From NCBI GenBank assembly GCA_036399475.1, contig DASWNA010000032.1, positions 3-64,002 of the forward strand: a stretch of DNA of 64,000 bases. The letters are read 5' to 3'. The DNA comes from Allosphingosinicella sp. Its GTDB lineage: Bacteria; Pseudomonadota; Alphaproteobacteria; Sphingomonadales; Sphingomonadaceae. This document shows positions 1-10,737 of this stretch, in pieces. A model generated the notes under the pieces. It saw only the letters and a program-made list of their open reading frames with translations. It searched no databases and had not been told where the DNA came from. The translations under genes were made by a program, and so were the position numbers. Position 1 is the first letter of the stretch; the number at the start of each line of letters is the position of its first letter.

Positions 1-1117
1 CCTTGGTCATTTGGCCCTGCTCCACCGTTTCGATGCAGACCTGCTCCAGCGTCTCGGCGAACTGCGTCACTTCCGGCGTGTCGTCGAACTTGCCGCGGGA
101 CTTGAGGCCGCCGGTCCAGGCGAAGATCGATGCGAGCGGGTTGGTCGACGTCGCCTTGCCCTGCTGGTGCATGCGGTAATGGCGGGTGACGGTGCCATGG
201 GCGGCTTCCGCTTCCACGGTCTTGCCGTCGGGCGTCATCAGGATGGAGGTCATCAGGCCGAGGCTGCCGAAGCCCTGCGCAACCATGTCCGACTGCACGT
301 CGCCGTCGTAATTCTTGCAGGCCCAGACGAACTTGCCGCTCCACTTCAGCGCCGAGGCAACGAGATCGTCGATCAGGCGGTGCTCATAAACGGTGCCCGC
401 TTCGTCGAACTGCGCCTTGAATTCGCCTTCGAAAATCTCCTGGAAGATGTCCTTGAAGCGGCCGTCATAGGCTTTCAGGATGGTGTTCTTGGTGGAAAGG
501 TAGACCGGCCAGCCACGGCCGAGGCCGAAGGTGAAGCAGGCGCGGGCGAACTCGCGGATCGATTCGTCGAGGTTGTACATGCCCATTGCGACGCCCGAGG
601 TCGGGTAGTCGAACACTTCATGCTCGATGACCTGGCCGTCCGTGCCTTCCCACTTCATGGTCAGCTTGCCGGGGCCGGGGACGAGGAAATCGGTTGCCTT
701 GTACTGGTCGCCGAAGGCGTGGCGGCCGACGACGATCGGGTCGGTCCAGCCCGGGATCAGGCGGGGTACGTTCTGGATCACGATCGGCTCGCGGAAAACA
801 ACGCCGCCAAGGATGTTGCGGATCGTGCCGTTGGGCGATTTCCACATCTTCTTGAGGCCGAATTCCTCGACGCGGGCTTCGTCGGGCGTGATGGTCGCGC
901 ATTTGACGCCGACGCCGTGCTTCTTGATCGCCTCGGCGGACTCGATCGTCACCTTGTCGTCGGTGGCGTCGCGATTCTCCATGCCGAGATCGAAGTAGAG
1001 CAGTTCCACGTCAAGATAGGGTAGGATCAGCCGCTCGCGGATCCATTGCCAGATGATGCGGGTCATCTCGTCGCCGTCAAGTTCGACGATCGGGTTCTTT
1101 ACTTTGATCTTGGGCAT
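1..1117 (-). CDS. icd: NADP-dependent isocitrate dehydrogenase (3' end runs off window)
   Basis: Minus-strand translation from ATG at 1117: [23 protein letters not shown]...[15 protein letters not shown]...[12 protein letters not shown]. Absent from the ORF track because it is truncated. Confidence 0.95.
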   Translation of the reverse strand, partial: MPKIKVKNPIVELDGDEMTRIIWQWIRERLILPYLDVELLYFDLGMENRDATDDKVTIESAEAIKKHGVGVKCATITPDEARVEEFGLKKMWKSPNGTIRNILGGVVFREPIVIQNVPRLIPGWTDPIVVGRHAFGDQYKATDFLVPGPGKLTMKWEGTDGQVIEHEVFDYPTSGVAMGMYNLDESIREFARACFTFGLGRGWPVYLSTKNTILKAYDGRFKDIFQEIFEGEFKAQFDEAGTVYEHRLIDDLVASALKWSGKFVWACKNYDGDVQSDMVAQGFGSLGLMTSILMTPDGKTVEAEAAHGTVTRHYRMHQQGKATSTNPLASIFAWTGGLKSRGKFDDTPEVTQFAETLEQVCIETVEQGQMTK

Positions 1118-1218
1118 GGGACGCGCGCTTCCTCGTCTCGTGGTCAGTGGCTGGCGCGGCGTGTAGGCAATGGCGCGCCGGTTGTCACCACCGGCGCAGC
1201 CGCCTAAAGGCTTGGCCC

Positions 1219-1956
1219 ATGACATCACTCGAAAAGCCGGACCTCGTCACCACCAACGTCCGCTACCGCATGCCGAACGTGCACCCGGAAGGGCGCAAGT
1301 TCGTGGTCATCGCCGCGGCGATCGCCCTTGTCTTGTTCTGGCTGATCGACTGGGATGGCCTCGGCTGGATCATGGTCGGCATCACGCTTTGGGTCGCCGC
1401 CTTTTTCCGCGATCCGATCCGCACCACGCCAAAGGGCGACGACCTGATCGTGGCGCCCGCAGACGGCCTGATCACCATGATCGTCAACGTGCCGCCGCCG
1501 CCCGAACTGGTCGGCGAGGACAGCCTGCCGCCGGGCCCCTGCACCCGGGTCTCGATTTTCATGAGCGTGTTCGACGTCCACATCAACCGCTCGCCGATTG
1601 CGGGCGAGGTGAAGAAGGTCGTCTACATCGCCGGCAAGTTCCTCAACGCCGACCTCGACAAAGCCAGCGAGGACAATGAGCGCAATCACTTCCTGATCGA
1701 GGGCCATGACGGAACCCGCATCGCCTTTACCCAGATCGCCGGCTTGGTGGCGCGGCGGATCGTGCCCTGGTCCAAGGTCGGCGACCGGGTGACTGCGGGC
1801 CAGCGCGTGGGCCTGATCCGCTTCGGCAGCCGGGTCGACGTCTACCTGCCCGACGGCACCTCGTCTCAGGTGCTGCTCGGCCAGCGCACCATTGCCGGCG
1901 AGACGATCATCGCCAGGCTCGGTGTCGCCCAGGCACTGGAGGGCGTCGCCCAGTGA
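1219..1956 (+). CDS. psd: phosphatidylserine decarboxylase proenzyme
   Basis: [25 protein letters not shown] and the RFGS|RVD self-cleavage motif; start moved to ATG 1219. Confidence 0.93.
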   Translation: MTSLEKPDLVTTNVRYRMPNVHPEGRKFVVIAAAIALVLFWLIDWDGLGWIMVGITLWVAAFFRDPIRTTPKGDDLIVAPADGLITMIVNVPPPPELVGEDSLPPGPCTRVSIFMSVFDVHINRSPIAGEVKKVVYIAGKFLNADLDKASEDNERNHFLIEGHDGTRIAFTQIAGLVARRIVPWSKVGDRVTAGQRVGLIRFGSRVDVYLPDGTSSQVLLGQRTIAGETIIARLGVAQALEGVAQ

Positions 1957-2747
1957 TTCGGCCGGTGCGCGAGCGGCGCGGCATTCCGCTGCGCGCGGTC
2001 GTGCCCAATGCCGTCACCGCGCTTGCGCTCTGCTCCGGCCTCTCCGGCGTGCGTTTCGCAATTGCCGAGGAATGGGAGAAAGCGGTCGCCGCGATCGCCA
2101 TTGCGGCGGTGCTCGACGGGCTCGATGGGCGAATCGCCCGGATGCTCAAGGGCCAGAGCCGATTCGGCGCCGAGCTCGACTCGCTGTCCGACGTGATCGC
2201 GTTTGGAGTGTCGCCGGCGATCATCATGCACTTGTGGGTGCTGCAATATTTCCCGCGCTTCGGGTGGCTGTTCGCTTTGGCTTATGCGGTCTGTGCGGCG
2301 CTTCGCCTCGCCCGCTTCAACGCGGCCATCGATGTCGAGGAACAACCGCATAAGTCGGCCGGCTTCCTGACCGGGGTTCCGGCGCCGGCGGGGGCGGGCA
2401 TGATGCTTCTGCCCCTGCTGCTTTGGATCGCAAGCAACCGGAGCTGGAACTGGCTGCACGTACCGCCGGCGATTGCCGCCTGGTCGGCCCTGTGCGCATT
2501 TCTGATGATTTCGAGCCTTGCGACCTTTTCCTGGACGTCGATGCGCCTCAGGCGGAACGTCCGGTTCACGGCTATCGTGGTGATCGCTTTGGTAGCGGGC
2601 GCCTTGGTGTCGGCACCGTGGGAAACGCTCAGCATCCTAACGATCGTCTATGCGGCGACGATCCCGTTCAGCATGCTGGCTTATTCAAAGGTCAAGCGGC
2701 AACGCCGCGCGGCGCATATGCCGGAGCCGTCCGCGCCGGCTGCGTAG
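1953..2747 (+). CDS. pssA: CDP-diacylglycerol--serine O-phosphatidyltransferase
   Basis: CDP-alcohol phosphotransferase motif DGLDGRIAR...GAELDSLSD; overlaps psd stop. Confidence 0.92.
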   Translation: MIRPVRERRGIPLRAVVPNAVTALALCSGLSGVRFAIAEEWEKAVAAIAIAAVLDGLDGRIARMLKGQSRFGAELDSLSDVIAFGVSPAIIMHLWVLQYFPRFGWLFALAYAVCAALRLARFNAAIDVEEQPHKSAGFLTGVPAPAGAGMMLLPLLLWIASNRSWNWLHVPPAIAAWSALCAFLMISSLATFSWTSMRLRRNVRFTAIVVIALVAGALVSAPWETLSILTIVYAATIPFSMLAYSKVKRQRRAAHMPEPSAPAA

Positions 2748-2877
2748 CGGCCATTCCGAGTTCGCCGCGAAGCGCGAGCACGATCTTGGTCCAGTAGGTG
2801 CGAACCGTCATGTGAATGGCAACGGTTGCCGCCAGCAGCATGAGCGTGAAGAAAATCGCGGTAGCCAGATGAGTCAC
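2692..2877 (-). CDS. small single-TM hypothetical protein, probably LexA-regulated
   Basis: 61 aa with hydrophobic N-terminus; RBS AAGGGG upstream of GTG; upstream promoter overlapped by an SOS box. Confidence 0.6.
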   Translation of the reverse strand: MTHLATAIFFTLMLLAATVAIHMTVRTYWTKIVLALRGELGMAATQPARTAPAYAPRGVAA

Positions 2878-2949
2878 AGGCTTATCCCCTTATTTATCCA
2901 CACCCAAACGACCGATGTGGGAGTTTGATCCATAGCAACTTGAAATAGC

Positions 2950-2978
2950 AGTATGTTCACCTTCCGTTCCTCTGTCAA
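2950..2978 (-). promoter_or_regulatory. sigma70 promoter (TTGACA-N17-CATACT) overlapped by alphaproteobacterial LexA box GTTC-N7-GTTC (2955-2969)
   Basis: Plus strand agtatGTTCaccttccGTTCctctgtcaa; exact box and exact 17-bp spacer. Confidence 0.7.
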
Positions 2979-3047
2979 TCCGGCAGCGGAATAAAATTTC
3001 GTGCGCGGGAATGGGCCTTGAAAAGGGAGGCTTGGCTTAGTGCAACC

Positions 3048-3143
3048 CGTCGCCCCGCCGTAGGCTGGGGTTCATGCTGAGCCGAAGCCCGCACCGCCCG
3101 TTTTGACAACGCAGCATGGATGCCAGCCTTCGCTGGCATGACG
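3048..3143. repeat. CGTC-tagged REP doublet (family C, degenerate)
   Basis: cgtcgccccgccgtaggctgggg at 3048 and inverted ggatgccagccttcgctggcatgacg at 3118-3143. Confidence 0.55.
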
Positions 3144-3234
3144 GGGAGGGGGTGGCACCACGGCGACCAGGCGGCCTAACGGTAAAACCGATCAACGCCG
3201 CAGCCTTGATTTCCCCCGCGGTGGCCGCTAAGTG

Positions 3235-3325
3235 CGCGCCCATTCCACATGCAGGGCCATCATAACCGGTGGCTGGGTCTTACCCGGTCTCTCGGCCCTG
3301 CAGAGGTATAACCGGAAGGAGACTA
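3235..3325 (+). promoter_or_regulatory. rpsB 5' leader (S2 autoregulatory / t44-like structure)
   Basis: Structured leader tgcagggcc...ggccctgca directly before the rpsB RBS; assignment from position. Confidence 0.45.
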
Positions 3326-3329
3326 CATC

Positions 3330-4088
3330 ATGGCGTCCACCGACGTTTCCATGCAGCAATTGCTTGAGGCCGGCGCACATTTCGGCCACCAGACTCACCG
3401 CTGGAACCCGAAAATGAAGCCGTATATCTTCGGCGATCGTAACGGCGTTCACATCATCGATCTGTCGCAGACAGTGCCGCTGTTCGCGCGCGCGCTCGAA
3501 TTCGTCCGCGGCAGCGTCGCTTCGGGCGGCAAGGTTCTGTTCGTCGGCACCAAGCGCCAGGCGCAGGATCCGATCGCCGAAGCCGCCCGCCGTTCGGGGC
3601 AGCATTTCGTCAACCACCGCTGGCTGGGCGGCATGCTCACCAACTGGAAGACGATTTCGGGATCGATCAAGCGCTTCAAGAGCCTCGAGGAGCAGCTTTC
3701 GGGTGAAACCGCAGGCCTCACCAAGAAGGAAGTGCTTCAGCTCACCCGCGAGCGCGACAAGTTCGAACTTTCGCTCGGCGGTATCCGCGACATGGGCGGC
3801 ATTCCCGACGTGATGTTCGTGATCGACGCCAACAAGGAAGAGCTGGCCATCAAGGAAGCCAACGTCCTCGGCATTCCCGTGGTCGCGATCCTCGACTCCA
3901 ACGCCAGCCCGCAGGGCATCTCGTTCCCGGTTCCGGGCAATGACGACGCCAGCCGCGCCATCCGCTTGTACTGCGACGCGATCGCGGACGCGGTGCTCGC
4001 CGGCAAGTCGGGCGGCGCCGCCAACCGCGGCGAGGACATCGGATCGATGGAAGCGCCGCCGCAGGAAGCCGCGCTCGCCGACGCGTAA
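3330..4088 (+). CDS. rpsB: 30S ribosomal protein S2
   Basis: [19 protein letters not shown]; [10 protein letters not shown]. Confidence 0.98.
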   Translation: MASTDVSMQQLLEAGAHFGHQTHRWNPKMKPYIFGDRNGVHIIDLSQTVPLFARALEFVRGSVASGGKVLFVGTKRQAQDPIAEAARRSGQHFVNHRWLGGMLTNWKTISGSIKRFKSLEEQLSGETAGLTKKEVLQLTRERDKFELSLGGIRDMGGIPDVMFVIDANKEELAIKEANVLGIPVVAILDSNASPQGISFPVPGNDDASRAIRLYCDAIADAVLAGKSGGAANRGEDIGSMEAPPQEAALADA

Positions 4089-4121
4089 GTTAAGCAGGGG
4101 AGGGCGCTGGTCCTCCCCGTG

Positions 4122-4230
4122 CTTCGAGACGGCATTTCGGCTTCGCTCAATGCCTCCTCAGCATGAGCGGTTTTCGTTTATCCGCTCATCCTGAGGAGCG
4201 GCTGAGCGAAGTCGAAGACGCGTCTCGAAG
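4122..4230. repeat. long composite palindromic repeat (REP doublet, family D) between rpsB and tsf
   Basis: Three paired arms: cttcgagacg/cgtctcgaag, ttcggcttcgctca/tgagcgaagtcgaa, ctcctcagcatgagcgg/ccgctcatcctgaggag. Confidence 0.75.
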
Positions 4231-4263
4231 GACCTAATCGAGACAAGAAGAAGGACAAACGAC

Positions 4264-5211
4264 ATGGCTGAGATCACGGCCGCTTCCGTCAAGGAACTGC
4301 GCGAGCGCACCGGCGCCGGCATGATGGACTGCAAAAAGGCGCTCAACGAAAACAGCGGCGACATGGAAGCCTCCATCGACTGGCTGCGCACCAAGGGCCT
4401 CGCCGCCGCCGCCAAGAAGGCCGGCCGCACCGCCGCCGAAGGCCTGGTCGGCGTTGCCGTCCGCGGCACCAGGGGCGCTGTCGTCGAGGTTAACTCCGAG
4501 ACCGATTTCGTCGCCAAGAACGAGCAGTTCCAGGAATTCGTCCGCACCGCGTCCGAGCTGGTGCTCGACACCGGCAGCGACATCGACGCGCTGGGTGCGG
4601 CCCCGTACCCGAGCGGCGGCACGGTTGCCGAAAAGCTGACCCACAACATCGCCACCATCGGCGAGAACCAGTCGCTGCGCCGCGCAGCCGTGCTGGAAGT
4701 CGGCGACGGCGTGGTCGTTTCCTACGTCCACAACGCCGCCGCCACCGGCCTCGGCAAGATCGGCGTCCTGGTTGCGCTGGAAAGCACCGGCGACAAGGAC
4801 GCGCTGAACGCGCTCGGCAAGTCGCTCGCCATGCACATCGCGGCGGCCAACCCGCTGGCGCTGCGCGGCGAGGATCTCGATCCGGCCCTGCTCGACCGCG
4901 AGCGCGCGATCGCGGCTGAAAAGGCCAAGGAAAGCGGCAAGCCCGACAACATCGTCGAAAAGATGGTGGAAGGCGCGATCGCCAAGTTCCGCAAGGAAAT
5001 GGCATTCCTGAGCCAGCTGTTCGTCATGGACAACAAGACCAAGATCGAAGACGTCGTCGCCGCCGAAGCCAAAAAGGTCGGCGCGCCGGTGCAGGTTGCC
5101 GGCTTCGTCCGCTTCCAGCTCGGCGAAGGCATCGAGAAAGCGACCAGCGACTTCGCCGCCGAAGTCGCCGCCGCCTCGGGCGTCGGCCAGAAGGCCGAAC
5201 CGGTCGCGTAA
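4264..5211 (+). CDS. tsf: elongation factor Ts
   Basis: [19 protein letters not shown]; NSETDFVA. Confidence 0.98.
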   Translation: MAEITAASVKELRERTGAGMMDCKKALNENSGDMEASIDWLRTKGLAAAAKKAGRTAAEGLVGVAVRGTRGAVVEVNSETDFVAKNEQFQEFVRTASELVLDTGSDIDALGAAPYPSGGTVAEKLTHNIATIGENQSLRRAAVLEVGDGVVVSYVHNAAATGLGKIGVLVALESTGDKDALNALGKSLAMHIAAANPLALRGEDLDPALLDRERAIAAEKAKESGKPDNIVEKMVEGAIAKFRKEMAFLSQLFVMDNKTKIEDVVAAEAKKVGAPVQVAGFVRFQLGEGIEKATSDFAAEVAAASGVGQKAEPVA

Positions 5212-5263
5212 GCACATCAAGATCCTCCGCCGGCGCGGTTCGTCCGCGATGGTGGAGCTTCAG

Positions 5264-5313
5264 GGGCGGGCGGAAGGCCAGAGCGGTGCTCGGCTTCCCG
5301 CCCGCCCTTTTTT
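5264..5313 (+). terminator. intrinsic terminator after tsf
   Basis: gggcgggcgg...ccgcccgccc hairpin followed by tttttt. Confidence 0.7.
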
Positions 5314-5450
5314 ACGTCCGCCTTTCATCGCCTCCACGCCTGCATCCCGCCTGCACGCAATGAGCATAAGGGAACATGCTTGGCAGCGCCGCCACCCCGG
5401 CTTAGTAAGGCCGACGTTCCTGCCCCCACCCGATCGGACCCGACGCCGCC

Positions 5451-6173
5451 ATGACGCGCCCGCGCTTCAACCGCATCCTCCTTAAGCTGTCCGGTGAAGT
5501 GCTGATGGGGGAGGGCCAGTTCGGCATTGATCCCGAGACCACCAGCCGCATGGCCCACCAGATCGCGGACGCCAAGGCGGCGGGCTATGAGCTGTGCATC
5601 GTCGTCGGCGGCGGCAACATCTTCCGGGGTCTCGCCGGCGCCGCCAAGGGCTTCGACCGTGCAAGCGCCGATTATATGGGCATGCTGGCGACGGTGATGA
5701 ACGCGCTCGCCATGCAGAATGCGCTTGAGAAGATCGGGGTCGATACGCGCGTGCAGTCCGCGATTCCGATGGCCAGCATCTCCGAGCCGTATATCCGCCG
5801 CAAGGCGGTTCGGCACATGGAGAAAGGCCGCGTGGTGATCTTCGCCGCCGGCACCGGCAACCCCTATTTCACCACCGATACCGCCGCCGCCTTGCGCGCC
5901 GCGGAGATGAATTGCGACGCCCTGTTCAAGGGTACCAGCGTCGATGGGATCTACGATGCCGATCCCAAGAAGAACAAAGAGGCCAAGCGCTACGACAGCG
6001 TCACCTTCAACCGCGTGCTTGCGGACGATCTAAAGGTAATGGACGCAAGCGCCGTGGCCTTGTGCCGCGACAACAATATCCCGATCGTCGTCTTCAACAT
6101 CCGTGAGCAGGGCAATCTGGCCCGCGTGCTCGGCGGCGAAGGCACCGCGACGATGGTTCAGAACGAGGAGTAG
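5451..6173 (+). CDS. pyrH: UMP kinase
   Basis: RILLKLSGE; GGGNIFRG; GNPYFTTD. Confidence 0.97.
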   Translation: MTRPRFNRILLKLSGEVLMGEGQFGIDPETTSRMAHQIADAKAAGYELCIVVGGGNIFRGLAGAAKGFDRASADYMGMLATVMNALAMQNALEKIGVDTRVQSAIPMASISEPYIRRKAVRHMEKGRVVIFAAGTGNPYFTTDTAAALRAAEMNCDALFKGTSVDGIYDADPKKNKEAKRYDSVTFNRVLADDLKVMDASAVALCRDNNIPIVVFNIREQGNLARVLGGEGTATMVQNEE

Positions 6174-6177
6174 ATAC

Positions 6178-6735
6178 ATGCCCGCTTACGACAAAACGGA
6201 TGTCCAGCGCCGCATGACCGGCGCTGTTGAATCGCTCAAGCACGATCTCAGCGGCCTGCGCACCGGCCGCGCCTCCACCACCCTGCTCGAGCCGGTGACG
6301 GTGGAAGTTTATGGCGCGCACATGCCGCTCCTTCAGGTTGCCACCATCTCGGTGCCGGAGCCGCGGATGCTGTCGGTGCAGGTGTGGGACCGGTCCAATG
6401 TCGGGGCAGTGGAAAAGGCAATCCGCTCGGCCGGCCTGGGTCTGAACCCGATCTCGGACGGGACGACTTTACGCCTGCCGATCCCGGATCTGACCGAGGA
6501 ACGCCGCAAGGAGCTCGCCAAGCTCGCCGGCCAATATGCTGAAAAGGCAAGGATTGCGGCCCGAAACGTCCGCCGCGACGCCATGGACAGCCTCAAGACC
6601 GACGAGAAAAAGAACGAAATCAGCGAGGACGATCGCAAGCGGCTCGAGACGGAGGTCCAGAAGCTGACCGACGACACGATCAAGGAGATCGACGCGGCGG
6701 CGGCGGCCAAGGAAAAGGAAATCATGACACGGTGA
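6178..6735 (+). CDS. frr: ribosome recycling factor
   Basis: LRTGRAS; LTEERRKEL; RNVRRD; start ATG 6178. Confidence 0.97.
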   Translation: MPAYDKTDVQRRMTGAVESLKHDLSGLRTGRASTTLLEPVTVEVYGAHMPLLQVATISVPEPRMLSVQVWDRSNVGAVEKAIRSAGLGLNPISDGTTLRLPIPDLTEERRKELAKLAGQYAEKARIAARNVRRDAMDSLKTDEKKNEISEDDRKRLETEVQKLTDDTIKEIDAAAAAKEKEIMTR

Positions 6736-6752
6736 TCGGCAAAGCGGCCAAG

Positions 6753-7526
6753 ATGACCGCGGGCGCCGAGCAGACCGGCGCGCCGACCGGGGATATCCCG
6801 CGTCACGTCGATGGCGAAGCGGCAAGCCACCCCGTGGCTCGCCACGTCGCCATCATCATGGACGGCAATGGGCGCTGGGCGAAGGCAAGGGGGCTTCCCC
6901 GTGCAGCCGGCCACCGCCAGGGCGCGGAAGCCGCGCGCCGCACCATCCGCGCGGCGGGGGAGGCGGGGGTTCAATGCCTGACGCTGTACGCCTTCTCCTC
7001 GGAGAATTGGCGGCGGCCGGAGACGGAGATCAGCGACCTGATGGGGCTGCTCAGCTTCTACATCGGCGCAGAGCTCAACGCCCTCCACAAGGAAGGCATT
7101 CGCCTGGTAATCCTGGGCGATCACAAGGCCTTCCCGGCCGATGTTGCGAGATTGGTTGATCAGGCGGTTGAGCGCACCGCCAATAACACGCGGATGACGT
7201 TGGCCATCGCGCTTAACTACGGTTCGCGCAACGAACTGGTGAATGCCGCACGTGCGCTCGCCCAGCGGGCTGCCTCGGGCGAACTCGATCCGGCCGGCAT
7301 CGACGAAGCGGCGATCGAGGCCAATCTCGACACGGCGGGCCTGCCGCCGCTCGACCTGGTGATCCGCACCTCGGGGGAGCATCGCTTGTCCAACTTCCTT
7401 CTCTGGCAGGCGGCTTATGCCGAGCTGGTCTTCGTGGATGCTCTGTGGCCGGACTTCGACGCGCACGCGCTCAGCCAGGCGCTGGCCGACTTTGCGGGGC
7501 GCGAACGGCGCTTCGGTGGCCGATGA
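6753..7526 (+). CDS. uppS: undecaprenyl diphosphate synthase
   Basis: HVAIIMDGNGRWA; YAFSSENWRRP; IRTSGEHRLSNFLLWQ. Confidence 0.95.
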   Translation: MTAGAEQTGAPTGDIPRHVDGEAASHPVARHVAIIMDGNGRWAKARGLPRAAGHRQGAEAARRTIRAAGEAGVQCLTLYAFSSENWRRPETEISDLMGLLSFYIGAELNALHKEGIRLVILGDHKAFPADVARLVDQAVERTANNTRMTLAIALNYGSRNELVNAARALAQRAASGELDPAGIDEAAIEANLDTAGLPPLDLVIRTSGEHRLSNFLLWQAAYAELVFVDALWPDFDAHALSQALADFAGRERRFGGR

Positions 7527-8365
7527 ACGCGCCCGCCGATAAGAAAAACTCGGATCTCCCCACCCGCTTCGTTGCGGCCGTGGTGATGATCGTTGTCGCT
7601 TGCGCCGCCATCTATATCGGCGGCTGGGTGTTCCGACTGCTGGTTGCGGCCGGCGCGGCCGTGATGCTGGTCGAGTGGGGCGACATGCACCGCACCAGCC
7701 GGACGCGCAGCTATGCCGGCGCCGGCATTCTGGTCGTGTTGCTGCTCGCCGCGGCGCAATATCTCTATCCGGTCGGCGAGATCGATATCATCGGCGACGT
7801 CGAGGGGATCTTCCTCGACAGCTTCGAGGAGCTCTGGAAAGGCTTTGCCGCGATCGCCGGCCTTGGGGTCCTCTACGGCCTCGCCTGCCGCAAGGTCTCC
7901 AGCGGTTGGGGCTTCTTCTACGTCGGCGCGCCCGCCTTCGCCTTGATGGCGCTGGAATGGGCGCGCTTCGACCTCGTCCTCTGGGCGATGCTGGTTACCT
8001 GGTCGACCGACATCTTCGCCTACTTCGCCGGCCGATCGATCGGCGGACCGAAGCTTGCGCCGAAGATCAGCCCCAACAAGACCTGGGCCGGGCTGATCGG
8101 CGGCATGATCGGCGCAGGATTGGTCGGCGGCGTGGCGGCATGGCTGTTCGATCTCGACATCCTGTTCGCCGTCGCAGGCGCGCCGATGGGCCTTCTTGCC
8201 CAGATCGGCGACCTTTATGAGAGCAAGGTGAAGCGGCGGTTGGGTGTCAAGGACAGCGGCTCGATCATCCCCGGCCACGGCGGCGTGCTCGACCGGGTCG
8301 ATGGTCTCCTTCCCGTCGCCGTTGCCACGCTCGGCCTGCTGCTGCTGGTGCTCGGCAGCGCGTGA
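7523..8365 (+). CDS. cdsA: phosphatidate cytidylyltransferase
   Basis: ISPNKTW; KDSGSIIPGHGGVLDRVD. Confidence 0.95.
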   Translation: MNAPADKKNSDLPTRFVAAVVMIVVACAAIYIGGWVFRLLVAAGAAVMLVEWGDMHRTSRTRSYAGAGILVVLLLAAAQYLYPVGEIDIIGDVEGIFLDSFEELWKGFAAIAGLGVLYGLACRKVSSGWGFFYVGAPAFALMALEWARFDLVLWAMLVTWSTDIFAYFAGRSIGGPKLAPKISPNKTWAGLIGGMIGAGLVGGVAAWLFDLDILFAVAGAPMGLLAQIGDLYESKVKRRLGVKDSGSIIPGHGGVLDRVDGLLPVAVATLGLLLLVLGSA

Positions 8366-9528
8366 CCGCCAGGCGCACCGTCACGGTTCTTGGCGCGACC
8401 GGCTCCGTCGGCGGCTCGACGCTTGACCTCATTTCGCGCGCGCCGGACCAGTTCGAGGTCGTCGCGCTCACCGCCCACCGCGACGTCGCCGGCCTGGCCA
8501 AAGCCGCGCGCCAGGTCGGTGCCCGCCGCGCCGTCATCGCCGACGAAAGCCTGCTCGGTCCGCTGGCCGAGGCGCTGGCGGGCAGCGGCATCGAGGCTTC
8601 GGCGGGCGAGGAGGCGGTGCTCGACGCGGCGTCCGCCGGCGCCGATTGGACCATGGCCGCGATCGTCGGCTGCGCCGGCCTTGCTCCCACGATGGCGGCG
8701 ATCCGCGGGGGCAGAACGGTGGCGCTCGCCAACAAGGAAGCTTTGGTCTCCGCCGGCGCCGTGATGACCAGCGCCGCGACGGCGTCGGGCGCGACCATAT
8801 TGCCGGTCGATTCCGAGCATAATGCGATCTTCCAATGCTTCGATGCCGAGCGTCCCGCGGGCGTTCGCCGCATCATCCTCACCGCAAGCGGCGGCCCGTT
8901 CCGGGAGAAGAGCCTCGAGGAGATGCGCGAGATGACGCCGGCCCAGGCGGTTGCGCACCCCAATTGGTCGATGGGCGCCAAGATTTCGGTCGATTCCGCA
9001 ACCTTGATGAACAAGGGGCTGGAGCTGATCGAGGCATTCCACCTGTTTCCACTCCCCGCCGAAGCCTTCGACGTGGTGATCCACCCGCAGTCGGTGATCC
9101 ACAGCCTGGTCGAATATGTCGACGGCTCCGTCCTCGCCCAGCTCGGCGCGCCCGACATGCGTATCCCGATCGCGTTCACCCTGGCTTACCCGGAGCGGAT
9201 GGAAACCCCGTGTGAGCGGCTGGATCTGGTCAGGATCGGCAGCCTCGATTTCCAGGCGCCCGATCTGGAGCGCTTCCCCGCTCTCGCGCTCGCCCAGGCC
9301 GCATTGCGCGCCGGCGGCGCCCGGCCGGCGATCCTCAACGCAGCGAACGAAATCGCCGTGGAAGCGTTTCTGGCCAATGAGATAGGCTTTCTCGATATCG
9401 CTTCAATTGCGGCTGAAACCCTGCAATGCTGCGATCCGCCGCCGCCGGCTTCGGTGGAGGAGGTGCTCGAGGTTGACCGCGACGCGCGGGCCGCGGCGCA
9501 CCGGATGAAGCAAAGGTTTGCGATTTGA
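8362..9528 (+). CDS. dxr: 1-deoxy-D-xylulose-5-phosphate reductoisomerase
   Basis: LGATGSVG; LANKEALV; PVDSEHNAI; HPNWSMGAKISVDSAT. Confidence 0.97.
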   Translation: MTARRTVTVLGATGSVGGSTLDLISRAPDQFEVVALTAHRDVAGLAKAARQVGARRAVIADESLLGPLAEALAGSGIEASAGEEAVLDAASAGADWTMAAIVGCAGLAPTMAAIRGGRTVALANKEALVSAGAVMTSAATASGATILPVDSEHNAIFQCFDAERPAGVRRIILTASGGPFREKSLEEMREMTPAQAVAHPNWSMGAKISVDSATLMNKGLELIEAFHLFPLPAEAFDVVIHPQSVIHSLVEYVDGSVLAQLGAPDMRIPIAFTLAYPERMETPCERLDLVRIGSLDFQAPDLERFPALALAQAALRAGGARPAILNAANEIAVEAFLANEIGFLDIASIAAETLQCCDPPPPASVEEVLEVDRDARAAAHRMKQRFAI

Positions 9529-10655
9529 CAGGCACGCCCGGCATATTCTGGACGATCTTGAGCTTCCTGCTCGTTATCGGCCCGTTGATCTTCGTTCACG
9601 AGCTCGGCCATTATTTCGTCGGCCGCTGGTTCGGGGTGAAAGCGGAGACCTTCTCGATCGGCTTCGGCCGCGAAATCGCCGGCTGGACCGACAAGCGCGG
9701 CACCCGCTGGAAGCTCTCCTGGCTGCCGCTCGGCGGTTACGTGAAGTTCGCCGGCGACATGAACCCGGCGAGCCAGCCCAGTAACGAGTGGCTGTCGCTG
9801 CCCGCCGAGGAGCGCAACAAGACCTTCCAGTCCAAGCCGGTGTGGCAGCGCTTCCTGATCGTCGCCGCGGGTCCCGTCACCAACTTCATCGTCGCAATCC
9901 TGGTCATCGCCGGCTTTTTCATGGCGATCGGTGAACCCCGCACGCCGCCGGTGATCGCCGCCGTGGAGCGGGGGACCGCCGCTGCGGAGGCGGGTCTCAA
10001 GGCCGGCGACCGGATCGTCGAGATCGACGGCGGCTCGGTGAGCCGTTTCGAGGACATTTCGCGCCGCGTCGTTCTGCATCCCGGCAAACAGGTCACCGTT
10101 CGCTTCGAACGAGACGGGCGGCTCCAAGAGGTCCAGGCGCGGCTCAAGCTCGACGTTAAACGGGACCGCTTTGGCAACGAATTCCGGTCCGGCCAGCTTG
10201 GTGTCTCCGGAACGCCGGTGATTGAAGCGGTGTCGCCGGTTCAGGCGCTTGGAGCATCCGTGCGGACGACCTGGTTCGTGGTCACCACCACCGTGGAAGG
10301 CATCGGCCAGATCGTCACCGGCAAGCGCTCGGTGAAGGAGCTTGGCGGGCCCTTGAAGATCGCCAAATTCTCCGGCGAGCAGGCCAGTCTCGGCATTTTG
10401 GCCTTTCTGTGGTTCCTCGCGGTGATCTCCATTAATCTGGGCTTCATCAACCTCTTGCCAATCCCCATGCTCGACGGCGGGCATCTCCTTCTCTATCTGA
10501 TTGAGGGGGTGCGCCGGAAACCGCTGAGGCCGGAAGCGCAGGAATGGGCCTTCCGCACCGGCCTTGCGGCTCTTCTGGCGCTTATGGTGTTCGTCACCTT
10601 CAACGATCTGGCGTCTTTTGGGCTGTGGTCGAAGCTTGGCGGGTTGATCGACTGA
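9525..10655 (+). CDS. rseP: RIP metalloprotease RseP (M50, PDZ)
   Basis: HELGH zinc motif; NLLPIPMLDGGH. Confidence 0.95.
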   Translation: MTGTPGIFWTILSFLLVIGPLIFVHELGHYFVGRWFGVKAETFSIGFGREIAGWTDKRGTRWKLSWLPLGGYVKFAGDMNPASQPSNEWLSLPAEERNKTFQSKPVWQRFLIVAAGPVTNFIVAILVIAGFFMAIGEPRTPPVIAAVERGTAAAEAGLKAGDRIVEIDGGSVSRFEDISRRVVLHPGKQVTVRFERDGRLQEVQARLKLDVKRDRFGNEFRSGQLGVSGTPVIEAVSPVQALGASVRTTWFVVTTTVEGIGQIVTGKRSVKELGGPLKIAKFSGEQASLGILAFLWFLAVISINLGFINLLPIPMLDGGHLLLYLIEGVRRKPLRPEAQEWAFRTGLAALLALMVFVTFNDLASFGLWSKLGGLID

Positions 10656-10737
10656 GCCGTATCGGGCAGGGCTAGGGACGACAGGGAAACGCGAAGGCGC
10701 TTAAGTGCGCCTGGCATAATTTTAGGGCGGGGACCCC

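Noticed and set aside
11-1024. 337-aa plus-strand ORF
   Set aside because: Antisense shadow of icd, which is on the minus strand.
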